Of a DNA stretch of 64,000 nt, positions 1 to 14,900 are shown one piece after another. The DNA is from Mantamonas sphyraenae STR306 (taxonomy: Eukaryota > Protista > CRuMs), in assembly GCA_026936335.1 (NCBI GenBank), contig JAPMXV010000035.1, forward strand, positions 311,078 to 375,077. Direction: 5' to 3'. The position numbers and the translations under genes are program-made. The notes beneath the pieces were generated by a model. That model was not told where the DNA came from. It was given only the letters and a program-made list of their open reading frames with translations, and did no database searches. Numbering within the stretch: position 1 is the first letter of the stretch; the number at the start of each line of letters is the position of its first letter.

Positions 1-802
1 TGACACCTTGCAAACCACGTCTTGGGCCAACGGTGTCTATGCGCGAGTGTGTATGTGTGCGCCCTGTGGCTGGGCTTGTGGCCAGGATTGGGTCGAGAGG
101 GCGGTTCAGCTTTCCTCGCTTGCACCGCTCTGTTCAGTGGGAATGATGTGATGATACTGTCGAGAAAGTTTTCTTGAGGAGCAACGCTTGCAGTATTGGG
201 TGGTTTGAGTGGCCAGTGAACACGGAGGATGTGCGTGTTGCGCGATGCGCTTGTCTTTGCCGCCGGCCGAGTCGTCGGGGTACAGACACACGTAGCACCC
301 CTCAGAACTGAGCTACTGTGGTTGAAAGTGGTGTGAATGAGCGCTGCGGGCTCAACGGGCCCGTCCGGCATGGTTGGGGGCGATCGAACGGTGTTGACCA
401 AGGCAGCAACACCAGTCTGTGACAGACCGTTTATTCGAGCGAATCTAGGGTTGTGGCGTGTAGGGACAGCCATCATGCATGCAAACGAGGGGCATCGTGC
501 ATGTTTGGACTGATGTGGCAACGTGCGCCGGGCTGGCCAACTCTGAAAAAGCATGGAGGTGGGTTTTTGTAGCCCCGTTGTAGAGGTTGGGCGTCATAGC
601 AGGTGTAGCGTTGTGCACACACACATGGCAATGCCACAAATACGGCCGCGGAAGTGCACAGCACACGCTCGGGTGGCGCACACCCCCTCCAAAGGACACA
701 GTTGCGTGCCGGGAGGCGCTCGAAAAGGGAGCCCGATCTTGTCTGAAATCCTGACACGCGAACGGACACTCCGTGTGCTTCCATGCGTTGCACCTGCCGC
801 CC

Positions 803-3800
803 ATGGCACTCATCACACAGATTGAATCGGAAACAGAGTTTCATACCTTGCGACAGCTGTTGGAACACTGTCAGATAGCCGAGCTGGAGCCGGCTTTGGC
901 CGAGCGCAAGCTGGATTCGCTCAATGCGCTTGAGTTGCTGGACAGCAAAGAGACACATGAGCTGCTTTTCGAGGAACTGCGCAGCCTGAGCGTGGAGGAA
1001 CACTCATTGAACAAACTGGAGCGAATGTTGAGCAAGCGTAGAGCTGATCTGGCTTCTCAGGCCAAGCAGAACCTGCCGGGTGAGCTACGCACGAAATGTT
1101 TTTTGCCCCGCCCGCACCACTTTCCACATGCGGCAGCCCAGCCGGGTTGTCCGTACCCACCACTTTGCCAGTTTCTACATATCAAACCACTTTGGAAGCG
1201 ATGTGCGTGGATGCAGAAGCCAGCTGACACTGTTGATCACCAACACTACTCGCAGATTCGGCCTCTGTCGACCAATGGAGTACAGAAGAGACACGGCGCT
1301 GGGTGCTTGCGATCACAGGATCACCCAAGATTGCCGCAGCGTTCAGACAAGCGGACATTTCTGGCGAATTGCTGCTGGAGCTGACGGAGAGGGATCTTGC
1401 GGATCCCGAAATCGGGTTGAACGTGGATAACAAGCTACTGCAGCGCAAACTGTCGCGCTCACTGCGTTCATTGAAGGAGGCAAAGGGAGTCGATGGAAGT
1501 AGTGCAGGAGACAACGGATCATCCCTGCTCTTTCCTGAACAAGAGACGCTGACAGCTAGCGAGCAGCAGGCCAAGCTGGAGCAGGAAGCCACGTCGGCAA
1601 CGCTGGAAGAGCTGAAGCGTCTGCAGGAGGACCTGCGGAGGCAGCAAGAGGAGCAAAAGAAGCAGCAGGCCGTGATGTTGGCACAGCAGCAGGCACTGGC
1701 CCAGGTGCAGCAGAAACACGAGGAACTGCAGCATTTCCAACAGCAGGCGGAGCACGCACAACACGCGCACCACCAGGTGCTGCAGCATCAAGCGCAGCAT
1801 ATGCAACAGGCCGCACTTGGACAAAAGTACACAGCCAACTTCAAAAAGGTGTATACGCCCGGAGGCACGCCGTACCAGGTGGCTCCGGAGAGGGTGACGC
1901 CGACCTTGTCGGGAGCTCGACCCCGAAGCAAACCCGGACGCAAACGCGGGCGTCCCAAGGGATCGAAGAACAAACCAAAGCCTGCCCAAGGCACGCCTAG
2001 AAGTGCAACTCCCCCTGCGCGTGGCTTCAGGCCGACAGTGCCTCAGCCCAAGTCGGAGATGCTGCAGGACGCAGAGCGGGTCAAAGAGGACGCATACGAA
2101 GCAATCCGCATCAATGAGAACGTGGGACCAGTGAGCCAAAATTTGTCAACGCTGCAGGAGGGCCAGCGACTGTCGTCGCTGTACATGGACGTAGAGGGCG
2201 AAGTGGACGACGGAGAGGAGACGGAGGACGAGGCGACCAGCAACGAGCGACTGGTGAGATCGCATGCATTGCGCGTGGCGAGAAACCTGCTGAAAACGAT
2301 GGACAACCCAAAGGCGAGCTCAGAGGAGCATGCCGGAGCGAAGGCGAAGTACGAGAAGCTGCTGCAGGATGTCTCTGCAAAGCGCATCACGATGGCAGAC
2401 GTGTTCAAAGTGCCATACAAGTCCATTGAAGCACGTGGCGAACGTTGGAGTCGTGCACAGCTGGAGTGGGCTGCGGCGATGAGACTTCCGCTGGACGGGG
2501 TGGACGGCTTCACACTGCACTCGGCACCCCCAAAGAAAGTGGTGCGCGTTGAGCAAGGTTTGCAAAGGACAAAGCGTAAGGGCGTGGAAGAGGATGATGT
2601 GGAGGAGGAAGAGGGGCCGAGCGAGTACGAGGCGGGAAAGTTGCAAGGCCCTGCAGTGGCCGAGTCGAAGCTGGACAACAAGCGTCTGCGGGCTAAGGAC
2701 CTGGGCAAAGAAAGCACGAGCATGCCGGTGACGACTCGATTGCGTCGCAAGCGCAAGTATACGCCGGTTGCAGCGTACAACTTGTTTCTGGCGGAGGATG
2801 GCGTCGCAAAAGAGCGCAAAGGAGGCAGCAGCAAGAAACGAAGCGCCCCGCACGCGTCGGCGGACATGTTGAACCCGCTGCGCATGTTGGAAAGGAAGCT
2901 GCCGTCTGTGTCGACAAGCAACGGGGTTTCCGTGGGCACGACGCGCAGGCCGCCGCCAAACTGGCAGATGGTCATGCGGCCACGCCTGCTGATCCACCGT
3001 GGAGAAGTGGCGTCGAGCAATGGCCTGTGGAGGCATCCAGGTGCGTACATTGACGAGCGCGGCTTTGAGATCCCGTGCAACGTTTGCCTGCCGCTTTGCT
3101 ATCAGTACGATGAGCTACTGGAGGTGGAGAGCGGCCTGCCGTTCTACCCATACATTGTGTCGTCGCTGCTGACCGCAGAAGAGAACCAGAGTGCACCCCG
3201 TCTGGTGGTGCGTGTGCCCAGCCGGGAGCCAGATGCAATGTCGCAACGCATGCCTGTGCCGCTGAACGACCAGCGCAGGGTGCTGGTGTCACTCAAGAGT
3301 GGCATGTTGCATCGGGTGGACAGTGACATCCGGTACACAGGTCATGAGGTGCTTGTGTGGACGCGGCTGCAGGCTGTGCTGGCCCTTGTGGATCCACCCA
3401 AGTACAACCCGTTGGCGCTGGTCCCGACGCCGGAAAACGCCGATGATTCGACGCAAGTGAAGAATTACCTTCGCAAAACGAACATGCTGCTGCGCTGCTG
3501 GTTGTACGACAACTACGAGGATCCGCATCCCGTGCCCGAGGAATTGAACCAGCTGAGCGTGCAGACGGGGATGAGCGTCACACAGGTCAAAGCGTGGATG
3601 GAGCAAGCACGTGGATCTTTGCTGTCGGAGATGGAAGAGGAGCGTGCGTTGCGCGAGCTGTATCTGCAGAACATCGGCTTTATCGAGATTGTGCGCGTGG
3701 GACGCGAACGCAAGCAGCCGGAAATGGCCATGAGCGAGGCCCAGCGGCTGCGCATGTTGGAGGAGCGCATGTTGGCAGCCGATACACATGTGCGTGAGTA

Positions 3801-3915
3801 CTACCAGTTGCGTGCGCGCACCAAGCGCACACACCTGTACGAACGCGAAAACTGGTATGTGTCGTTGGATCGCAGCAACGCAGACCGACAAGACTACAAG
3901 CGCCAGCGTGTTTGA
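803..3915 (+). CDS. SAM-domain / AT-hook / divergent TALE-homeodomain nuclear protein (2 exons: 803-1079, 1256-3915)
   Basis: GT-AG intron 1080-1255 (branch-like CTGAC near 1224) joins two ORFs in frame and restores a SAM motif (WSTEETRRWV...ISGELLLELTERDL). Also a Q-rich coil, an AT-hook (RKRGRPKGSKNK) and a TALE-like homeodomain (LRCWLYDNYEDPHP...LSVQTGMSVTQVKAWMEQAR). Confidence 0.75.
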
Positions 3916-3974
3916 GTGCCTGAGCTTGAGCTTGTGTGTGTGTGTGTGAGACATGCGAAAAATGCTGTTGTTGT

Positions 3975-5208
<1,234 letters not shown>

Positions 5209-5398
5209 TGTGCGGAAAAGGTTGTGTTGGTGGAAGCCACGGGTGCGGGGAGCTGAGTGAGATGGGGATGGGAACGGAATATTGTAGTGAAGGGGAACAA
5301 AAAGTGGAGTGGGCCAAGTCGTGGTTCAGGGGTGGGTGGTGGGGGTGGCCTGGTGGACTCCAGAGGTGCGCCGAGGAAGGCAACCATCCGCTCCAACG

Positions 5399-8300
5399 AT
5401 GTCCATCCGCTTGCGAGATCTGATTCGCCAGTGCCGTGCAGCACGGACGACGGCCGAGGAGCGCGAGGTGATTGCCAAAGAGTCTGCGGCAATGCGTACC
5501 AAGTTCAGGGAGGATGACGAGCAGTACCGAACTCGCAACCTGGCCAAGCTGCTTTTCATGCACATGCTGGGCTACCCGACTCACTGGGGCCAGATGGAGG
5601 TTCTCAAACTCATCTCAGGCTCGCGTTTCATGGAGAAGCGCATCGGATACTTGTCGCTGATGATGCTGCTTGACGAGCGGCACGAGGTGACGATGTTGGC
5701 GACCAACTGCATGGGTAACGACCTCGCACACAACAACCAGTTCATTGTGGGCATGTCTCTGTGCGCTTTGGGCAACATTGCCAACGCAGAAATGGCACGC
5801 GACATCAAGAGCCAGGTGGACGAGCTCATGGGGCACACAAACCCGTACATCCGGAAAAAGGTGAGGCCCAGTTCCCTCCGCAGCCTCTGCTTCGCGATAC
5901 CCCAGGCCCACGCGCTAACACCTGCCTCGTGCCCGCTGTGTGCGCTGTATGTGTATGTGGAACTGCCCTGTTGGTGTGCGTAACGCTGTTGCAGGCCACA
6001 CTGTGCGCAGTGCGGTTCATTCACAAGGACGCCGACCTGGTGGACGATTTCCTTTCGCGAATTAGACCTCTGCTGGCCGACCGAAACCACGGCGTGCTGC
6101 TCACCGGTGTGCGTCTGCTCATCGAGATGTGCAAGGTGGACCCGGAAAAGATCGATACCTTCCGACGTGTAAGTCACCTCCGTGTGCATGGTCATATCGC
6201 ACGTGTGCACGCGTGTGCGCTTCCTCCCGCCGCCTTTTCCCTCTCCAACCCGGGCTCGCGTTTTGTCTCCGCACAGCCTGCAAACGCGGCCCACGAGCGC
6301 ATGCGCCGCATGCACGCGGTGGACATCGAGCACTGAATGCACACGTGGACACATACGAAATGCTAACATGGAATGGGGTGTGGGTGTGGGACAAACACAC
6401 AGCTTGTGCCGAACCTCATCCGCATCTTGAAGAACCTGGTGCAGTCGAGCTATGCGCCAGAACACGACGTCGGCGGCGTTACAGATCCGTTTATCCAAGT
6501 CTCTGTGTTGCGGCTGCTTCGCATTCTGGGCCAAGGCGACACAGAAGCGTCGGAGCAGATGAACGACATTTTGGCAGAGGTGGCCACCAACACGGAAAGT
6601 ACAAAGAACGTTGGCAACGCCGTGGTCTACGAGGCCGTACAGACCATTCTGGCCATCGAAAGCGAGCCTGGCCTGCGCAAGCTGGCCATCAACATCCTGG
6701 GCCGCTTCCTCGTCGGCCAGAACAACAACCGCTATGTGGCGCTGACGACACTTGCCAAGGTGTTGCACGACGACATGGCTGCCGTGCAGAGGCACCGCCA
6801 CACCATTGTGGACTGCCTCAAGGACCACGACATCTCTATCCGCCGCCGCGCGCTCGATTTGGTGTATGCACTTGTCAACGAGGGCAACATCCGCACGCTG
6901 ACCCGCGAGCTGCTCAACTACCTCGTGGTGGCCGACGAGCAGTTCAAACCCGATCTGGCCATCAAGATTGTGACCATCATCGAGAGGTACGCACCCAACG
7001 TGCGCTGGCAATTTGACCAGCTGCTCAAAGCCATCGTGCTCGGGGGCAAGTATATCCGTGGCGAGGTGCCGGCCACCTTCCGCATCCTCATCCTGCAGAA
7101 CCAAGAGTTGCAGGCGTACGCAGTCACAAAGCTGTACCTTGCTCTGAGTCAAGAGGCGCATGACAAGGGCGGTGCAGGAAACGTCAACCAAACGCTGCTG
7201 GAGCTTGCAGTGTGGGCCATTGGCGAGTATGGCGACTACCTCATCTCGGACGAAGACAACCTGGGCGAAGACCAAGATCCAGTGGACGTCAACGAAGACG
7301 ATATTATCCTGCTGCTTGAGGAGGCTCTGCAGAGCCCAAATGCTACGCTGCAGACGCGCCGCATCACAGTGATGGCGCTGATCAAGCTGTCGTCGCGTCT
7401 GGAGGGCGTCGATACACGCATCCGCGAGCTGCTGAACAACTTTACCGAGTCGATGGACATCGAGCTCCAGCAGCGCTCGTGGGAATTTCTGAACCTGTTC
7501 CAGTTTGACGAGATCAAGGAGAAGCTGACGACACATATGCCGCCGTTTAGCAAGACAGTGCTCGCACGTCGTGCAGAGGAGTTTATCGACGACCCTGCGG
7601 CGCCGATGCGTGCTGTGGACGGCGAAGACGGCGAGGACGAAGAGGATGAGCAGGAGGATGGCCAAAGCCCGTTGGACATTGCCAGCGTGTCTGTGTCCAA
7701 GACAGGCAAGAAGACGTCGTCGTCGTCGTCTTCGGGCGAGGACAACGGCGACCTGATCACCTTTGGCGGAGACGAAGGAAGCAGCGACGGCGGTGCACAG
7801 GGTTCGAGCGGAGGCGGAGGTGGAGGTGGAGGCCTGGAGGAGCTGCTGGGTGTCTTTGGGGGCTCGAGTGGCGACCTGCTGAGTGGCAGTGGTGGTGGTG
7901 GTGGTGGAGGTGGAGGAGGTGGCGGAGGTGACGACCTGTTGAACATGCTGGGCGGCGGCGGCGGCGGCATGGGCGGCATGGGAGGCATGGGAGGGGAGGC
8001 ATGGGAGGCATGGGAGGTGGAGGCGGAGGTGGGGGCGGATCGGATCTTATGAGCATGCTGGGTGGCAGTAGCGGAGACCTGATGGGCGGGCTGGGCGGTG
8101 GCAATGGCGGAAGCAGCAGCGGCGGAGGTGGCAACAACGGCGGAAGTCTGTCGGACACGATGACGGCGTACAACAAGAACAACGTGCTGGTGACGTTTGA
8201 CTTTGTGAAGAACCCGGACAACGAGGCAATGACCAAGATCACAATGACGTACAGGAACAACAACGGGAGCAACCTGGAAGACTTTGTCTTCAAGGTGGCT

Positions 8301-8510
8301 GTGCCCAAGTACATCAAGTTCCAGGTGAAGAAGGCCAGCGGGACATCGGTGCCTGCAAACGACAGTGGCGCTGTGACGCAGGTGGTTCTGCTGAACAACT
8401 CGATGCACAAGGAGCGGCCTGTGGCCATGAAGTTCCAGCTCAAGTACGAGCTGGATGGGAACCTGGTTACAGACGGTGGAGACATCAAGGGCTTCCCCAG
8501 TGGACTGTGA
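5399..8510 (+). CDS. AP1G1: AP-1 complex gamma adaptin (exons 5399-5860, 5995-6168, 6403-8510; apparent -1 frameshift near 7995)
   Basis: MSIRLRDLIRQCRAARTTAEER, KLLFMHMLGYPTHWGQME, PEHDVGGVTDPFIQV and DIELQQRS motifs; Gly-rich hinge; C-terminal gamma-ear (FKVAVPKY) in a shifted frame. Confidence 0.95.
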
Positions 8511-8585
8511 TGAAGAAGAAGATGATGGTGTGTGTGTGTGCGTGTGTGTGGTGCGCAGCGACGGGCCAAACAAACAAAAATTCCA

Positions 8586-11500
8586 ATGCGCCGTAGCAAG
8601 GCCCCGTCCAACCGACGCAAGCTGCTGCACAAGAGTGCCGTGGGACTCAGCAGCAGTAGTAGTAGCAGCAGCAGTGTGAAGACCATTGCAGCTGCGGCGA
8701 ACATTGTAAAGGCGGCGAACAGCGAGAACAAGCGGAACGTGGAGTCGAGCAACTTGGCACCAAGCGAAGAGGGGAAGCAGCTGAGCCCCAAGGAGAAAAG
8801 CATCATGACAAGCACACCACCTGCAAAGCAACCAGCCTTGAAGAGACGACGCATGGGACCCCCACCAGCGGCAAAGAAGGGCAAGAAGGGGTTCTCGGCG
8901 CCAAAGATCGACGCCAAGGTGTTGAAGCAACGGATGGAAGAGGAGACAGCGTCGCAAGAGGACAGCAAACTGTTCTCGGTGATGTGGTGCAAGGCCAGCA
9001 ACAAGAAACACAAGACATACAACGATGCGTTCCTGTTTCTGCAGGGCGCGAAGCATCTGCTGAAGGACGCCGAAGGCAAAGAGTTGTACAACAAGGGCAA
9101 CGTGATCGGCAAGATGCCGCGCACAAAGCCAGGCGACCTCATCTACCTTGGTGGCAAGGAGGTGGAGATCATGAACGAGCTTGACACGCAGCTGTACTTT
9201 TCAGGTGAGCGAAGCACAAGTTCCCGAAAAGTTCTCGGCGGCGGGGTGATCACTCACCGGCCGCACTCGGGCAACACACACATGCTGGGAGCCCCGAGCA
9301 TGATCACACTGACACAGACACGACACTGACACACGGACCCACGCAACACGCTTCATTGCAGGACAACTGTTTGTCAAGGGCGGTATGAAGGGTGTGGGCT
9401 CCACGGGGCCGGCAAAAGGGATCCAGATGAGCAAGCCGAAACGAACCGAGTTTAAGAAACACAGCAGCGGAGCAGCAACACCGCAGCCCAAGACAAAACC
9501 GAAGCCTTTGCACAGCAGCACAGACGAGAACGCGTTGGTGCTGAATGCGGGCCATGCAAAGAGCAATGCGCGGGGGCAGTTGCTGACAGAGGTGGTGGTC
9601 GACCCGTACCTGGCCACAAAGCTGCGCCCGCATCAGCGCGAAGGTGTGCGCTTCCTCTACGAGTGTGTCATGGGCAACAAGTCTTCCGACTTTCACGGGG
9701 CCATCCTGGCCGACGAAATGGGCCTTGGCAAGACAATCCAGGCAATCACCCTTGTGTGGACGCTGCTCAAGCAGGGACCGACAGGCAAGCCCGCCATCAA
9801 AAAGGCAGTCATCGTTACACCTGCGTCGCTGGTAGGAAACTGGCAGCGCGAATTTCAAAAGTGGCTGGGTGTGGAGCGTCTGCGCCCGTTGGTGATCAAG
9901 GGAGGCGCAGGAAGCTCGGCTGCACAGGCCGCCGAGTCCATCAAGGAGTTCCCCAAGGCCACGCGCTACCCAGTCATGATCATTTCCTACGAAATGTTTC
10001 GCTCCTGCTCCGTGACCATCAGTTCCTTGCCCTGCTGCGGGTTGGTGATTTGTGACGAAGGGTATGTTGGGCATGCTTAGACGGACAAGGGAAGGGTGGT
10101 ACGGGGAGTTGCTGACACGCACACGCACACCACTCATGCTGAAACGGCACAGGCATCGGTTGAAGAACGGCTCGTCGCAGATTGCGGTCGCACTGAACAA
10201 CCTGAAAACGAGGCGCAGGGTGATCCTGAGCGGCACGCCAATCCAGAATCAGATGGACGAATTCCACGCCATGATCAACTTTGTGAACCCAGACATGCTT
10301 GGGGACCGCAACACGTTCATGCGCGTGTTTGGCACGCCGATCATGAAGGGCCGCAGTGCGGACGTGGGGCCAAAGGAACGAGTGCTTGCCGAGGCCAGGT
10401 CGACTGAGCTGACACGCATGACGTCACAGTGCATCCTGCGACGCACGGCCAAGATCAATGAGAAGTACCTGCCGGAGAAGGTGGAGCTGGTGGTGATGTG
10501 CAAGCCGACGTCCGTGCAAGAGAGGGCGTACAAGGCCGTCCTGCGTTCGGGCCAGTCGATTGTGTACGAGGCGGTGAAGAACGGCTCGATGCACAGTGCG
10601 CTGGGAGTCATCATCTCATTGCGAAAGGTGTGCAACGCGCCCGTTCTGGCGTACGACAAGGTGCTCGAGGGTGCAACGCGTGAACACGAGCGCAGCATCT
10701 ACACAGACGCACAAGAGACGTATGGCGTGGACTACGAAGCGCTGAACAACACGTTGAAGCAAATGAGCGAGCACGGTGGCTCAGGCGGCCGTGGAAAGAG
10801 TGGCAACAGCAGTCAAGGCAACGACACGGACAAGCTGATTGTGCCTCTGGACACGGGCAAGCTTGTGGTGCTTCACTCGCTGCTGGACAAGATTGCAAGC
10901 AGTACCAAGGATCGCGTCGTGCTCATCAGCAACTTTACACGCACTTTGGATGTGCTGCAGGGGGTGTGCGACCTCGTCGGGCTGAAAACGGTGCGACTCG
11001 ACGGAAGCACCGACTCGTCCAAACGCACAGAGATGGTCAAGTCGTTCAACAACGGGTACGCAGGCGTGCGCGTCTTTTTGCTTTCTGCACGTGCAGGCGG
11101 CGTGGGACTGAACCTGATTGGAGCCAACCGCCTGATCCTCTTTGATCCCGACTGGAATCCGGCTACTGACCAACAGGCCATGGCACGGGTTTGGCGAGAC
11201 GGCCAGAAAAAGAAAGTGTCCATTTACAGACTCGTGACCACGGGCACCATCGAGGAGAAGATCTACCAGCGGCAGGTTCTGAAGACCGGCCTGAGCACAG
11301 CCGTCGTCGACGACAAGGCCAACGTCGAGCGAAACTTCACCAACGACGATCTCAAGGATCTGTTCACCCTCAAGACAGACACCGTGTCCGACACCTACGA
11401 CCTCATGCAGAAGGAGTTGAAGAAGAAGGAGCGCCGACGCCAACAATTGGCTGCGCAGGGTGAGTCTGAACAGGAGGACGAGGAAGAGGGCGACGCCGCC

Positions 11501-11872
11501 GCACAGGAGGAGGAGGTGGCAGGCGACTTTACACAGCTCAAGGGAACGCAAAATATCGACGAACTGCCCTCCATGTGCCTGCTTGGGTCCATGCACGATG
11601 AGGCCAAAGCGCTGATCTCCTTTGCGCTGGTTCGACGCGTGAAAGGTGCCGATGCGAATGATGACGGTGAGGAGGAGCAGACGAGCGATTGCGGCGGCAA
11701 AGAGGTGGAAGATGACGAAGAAGAAGGATTTGAAGGGGATGAGGATGAAGTGGCAGACAGCGCGGAGGAGGACGACGAAGAGGACGAAGAAGATGGTGGC
11801 ACCGTGACGACGGTCATTGCTGACCCTACAGACGAAGACGTGCTGGACCAGGCGATGGAAATGGAAGTGTGA
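8586..11872 (+). CDS. RAD54B: RAD54B/Rdh54-like SNF2 DNA translocase (exons 8586-9204, 9362-10061, 10153-11872)
   Basis: LRPHQREGV, ILADEMGLGKT, DEGH (restored across the intron), LSGTPIQN and DPDWNPATDQQAMARVWRDGQ; N-terminal WCKASNKKHKTY motif typical of Rad54B. Confidence 0.92.
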
Positions 11873-11918
11873 CCACACGTGGTCCATGTGCATGACAATG
11901 AACCCGATTTCGTTCCAA

Positions 11919-14900
11919 CTACCTGCTCGCAATCTTGGGCAGCACCTTGCCTTTGCCCTTTCCGGCTGCGCTGCCGTCCGTGCGATCACTAAAGAGTTGG
12001 CCGTCGCTGAAGCGTTCACCTGCATCTGAATACAGCCCATCCGAGTCGCCGTTGAATGGACCAAAGCCAGGGATGCCCAGGTCAGCGGCTCCAAGCGGCT
12101 CGTCCAGCTTGTTCCAGCCAATGGTGCGTGGCCCACTACTTGTTGGCCGCGACCCGCGTGAGAAAGGCCGGCCAAACAGCCAGTCATCATCCTCTCCCTG
12201 GGTGCCACTGGCATCTGTGGATGTGTCCAGGTCCAGGTCTGCACCCATCAGCATGGCGTTGGCCTCAAGCTCGCTGATGTGCGCCTCTAGTTCGCTGACT
12301 CGTTTCGAATGCTCCTTTGCATGCCGGATCAGCTGTGCCTCCAGTGTGCCCACGCGAGTCTCTGCACGTTGTGCACGCATTTCCAACGCCAGCTCCTGGC
12401 TCTTGCTCAGGCCACGGTGTTCTTCCGCACTGTTTTGCCGTGCTTTGCGTTCTTCCTCAAGGCTTGCTTGCAACTGACTCAGCTGCTCTCGCAATTCATC
12501 TCTCTGCTCCACAACCTTTTCGTACGCCTCTTTGTGCTCCTCCAGCTGCCGCGCGCGATCCTCCTCCTCCTGCATCGAGGTGCCCTGATGGTCCTCCGCT
12601 TCCACCAACACACCGCCCAATCTGTTTTTGATAACCCCTTCCAGGCGTTCAATAATGGCCTGCTGCTGCTTGATCACTGCTTTCATCGTCTTGACGTCGT
12701 ACTTGCGCATGCGCTCCTGCAGCTTGTGGATGTACGCCGCCTGTGATTGATGCGCAGCCTTCAGCTCCCGCAGCTGGATTTCCAGCTGTCCCTCCTGGCC
12801 ACTTTCCAGCTTGTGCACCTTGAGCCGCAGAGCTTCGTTGATTTGCTTCTGTTGCGTGGCAGCCTGCACCAGCAGCGCGTACCGTTGCGGCAGCTCCTCC
12901 GGTGGCACTTTTTGCACGCCGCTCTGCACCAACAGCGCTTTGTCCGCCTTGGCACGCATCACTGCTGCACTTCGCAGTCGCTCGTGTTTCTCCTGTAGTG
13001 CACGCAGCTCGCGACGCTGCTCAATAAAGTCGTCCCCAATCTGCCGGATTACCTGGTTGCGTTCGTACACCATCTGCTCCAGCTCTGCAATCTGCTCCGC
13101 GTTTGCACGCGTCACCTCCTCCAGCTTCAGCTGAAGTGCAGACGACAGTTTGTGCGTGTCCTCACGGCTCAGGCTCTGCACGCTGTACGCACGCGACGGG
13201 GATTCAGAGCCGCCCAAGGCCATCGCGGACGATGCACCATGCTGAGCACGCAGCGATGCTCCACCGGAAGGCGTCAACACGTTTGTTTGATGCCGTTGTT
13301 GCTGTTGTTGCTGCTGGTGGTGGTTGTCGCCCGTGCGGCGCCCGGACGGCGGTGTGGGACTCTTCTTGGCTGTGCTGCGGCTGGCGTTGGTCTTGGGCCG
13401 CAGGAGCTTTGGTGCGGCCGGGAAGGGCGACGGGGCACTGGCTAGGTACTCAAGCATGGCAGATTGGGTGTACACACACACTTGGCATTGGCCAAACATA
13501 AGGGGGGAGATGTGGGCCAGGTCGGAGGCCAGATAGACCTCCACTGTGGGGAAGGCCACCTGATGACCTGGAGTGTCGCCCGACAGCGCCTGCGTTCCAG
13601 AAAACATCTCTACAAAGGTGATGTACGCCACAGCCAGCAGGGCGTCGTCCTTCTGTGTGTACATCTCGATCATCAGGCAGGCGGAAGGGGAATCGAGCAT
13701 GGCCTCGGGCACGTGGAAGTGCATGTGCTGTTGCCATCGCCATTGGAAGCCATCGTGGGAAGAGGTACAAGTGGTGGCCCAGGAGCGTTGGCGGCCGCTG
13801 TGGGCGCTGTCTTTGAGCTGAGCTTGCTTCAGCGTCTGCTCACGTGCAGCCGAGACAGCGGCCAAACGGCTGGGCAGCACGCGAGTGAAAGCAGTGGCGT
13901 GTGTGGACTCGGTGAGGTTGTGGTGCATGTGAAAGTCCGCATTGTCCACAGGGCTCACCACACAGAACATGCTGTCGGACACCAGATTGTCTTCAAAGAC
14001 ACTCACACAGTCCAAGGTCAGTTCCGCATACAACCACCCCGGTTGTGCATACACTTCCATGGTACGCGACAGGCCATTGTGCACCAGAATAGAAACGTAC
14101 AGCAGAATGGTGTTTCCATCCTCGTCGTCGTCATCGCTGTTGTTGCCGTCGTTGCTGCTGCTGCTGGTGCTGCTGCTGCCCTTTCCTCCCCCCGCTGGTT
14201 GCAGTGGAAGACACACATTGAACTGTTGCTCACGCACGAGCGTGGCCAATGGCAGGAGAGCCGATGTGAGAAGCGCCTTGTCGCGCTGGTTGACCACCGA
14301 CAGGAGCAGACCTTGTTCAAACTCGTGCTCCAAAATGGGGAGGAACAACGTGTGATTCCACACGGGGTCACAGCTGCTCTTGATCTGTTTGGTGGACGCG
14401 CCCTTCTTGGGGGTGGCTGGGAGGGTGGCTGTGACGAATGCGTTGGGCTCCTGGTCATCTGCGTCGGTGGGCAGGCCCGTGGCGCGGTGGACAAGAAGGC
14501 TCACGTACCCGTCGCCGCCGTGGACGGTAAACGGAGACAATTGAGCCTGGTCCAATGACGTAGATTGTTTGCCACGTGATGTGAGGGCGTCCTGGAGCAC
14601 TTGGCTGGGCGAGGGCGATGCGTGACTGGCCTTGGCGACGGCAGGAAGGCTGATGTCGACGTCGAGACGAGCGACAACGGCCGTTTCTGCGCCGGGCGAG
14701 GTCAGTCGCTCCGAGTCGCTGCCAAGAACAATAAGCTTACAGGAGAGGTGGCCTGTGGTGAGAAGGCGCACAAAGGAGGATAGGTTGATGTCATAGTGGG
14801 CTGTGCCGACGCTGTGGGGCCGCTGGTCCTCGTCAAATCCGAGAAGTTCGATTTCCAGGCCCAGGATGAGCAGTTGGGCCTGCGAGGAGGCACTGCTGCG

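Noticed and set aside
1-476. Minus-strand open frame running off the window start, and the 106-291 Cys-containing ORF
   Set aside because: No recognisable motif. It may be the 5' end of a gene but cannot be supported from this window.
5581-9142. Long antisense ORFs (694, 606, 461 aa) and similar ones elsewhere, e.g. 45523-47397 and 60034-61638
   Set aside because: They lie opposite well-supported genes and are expected in high-GC coding DNA.
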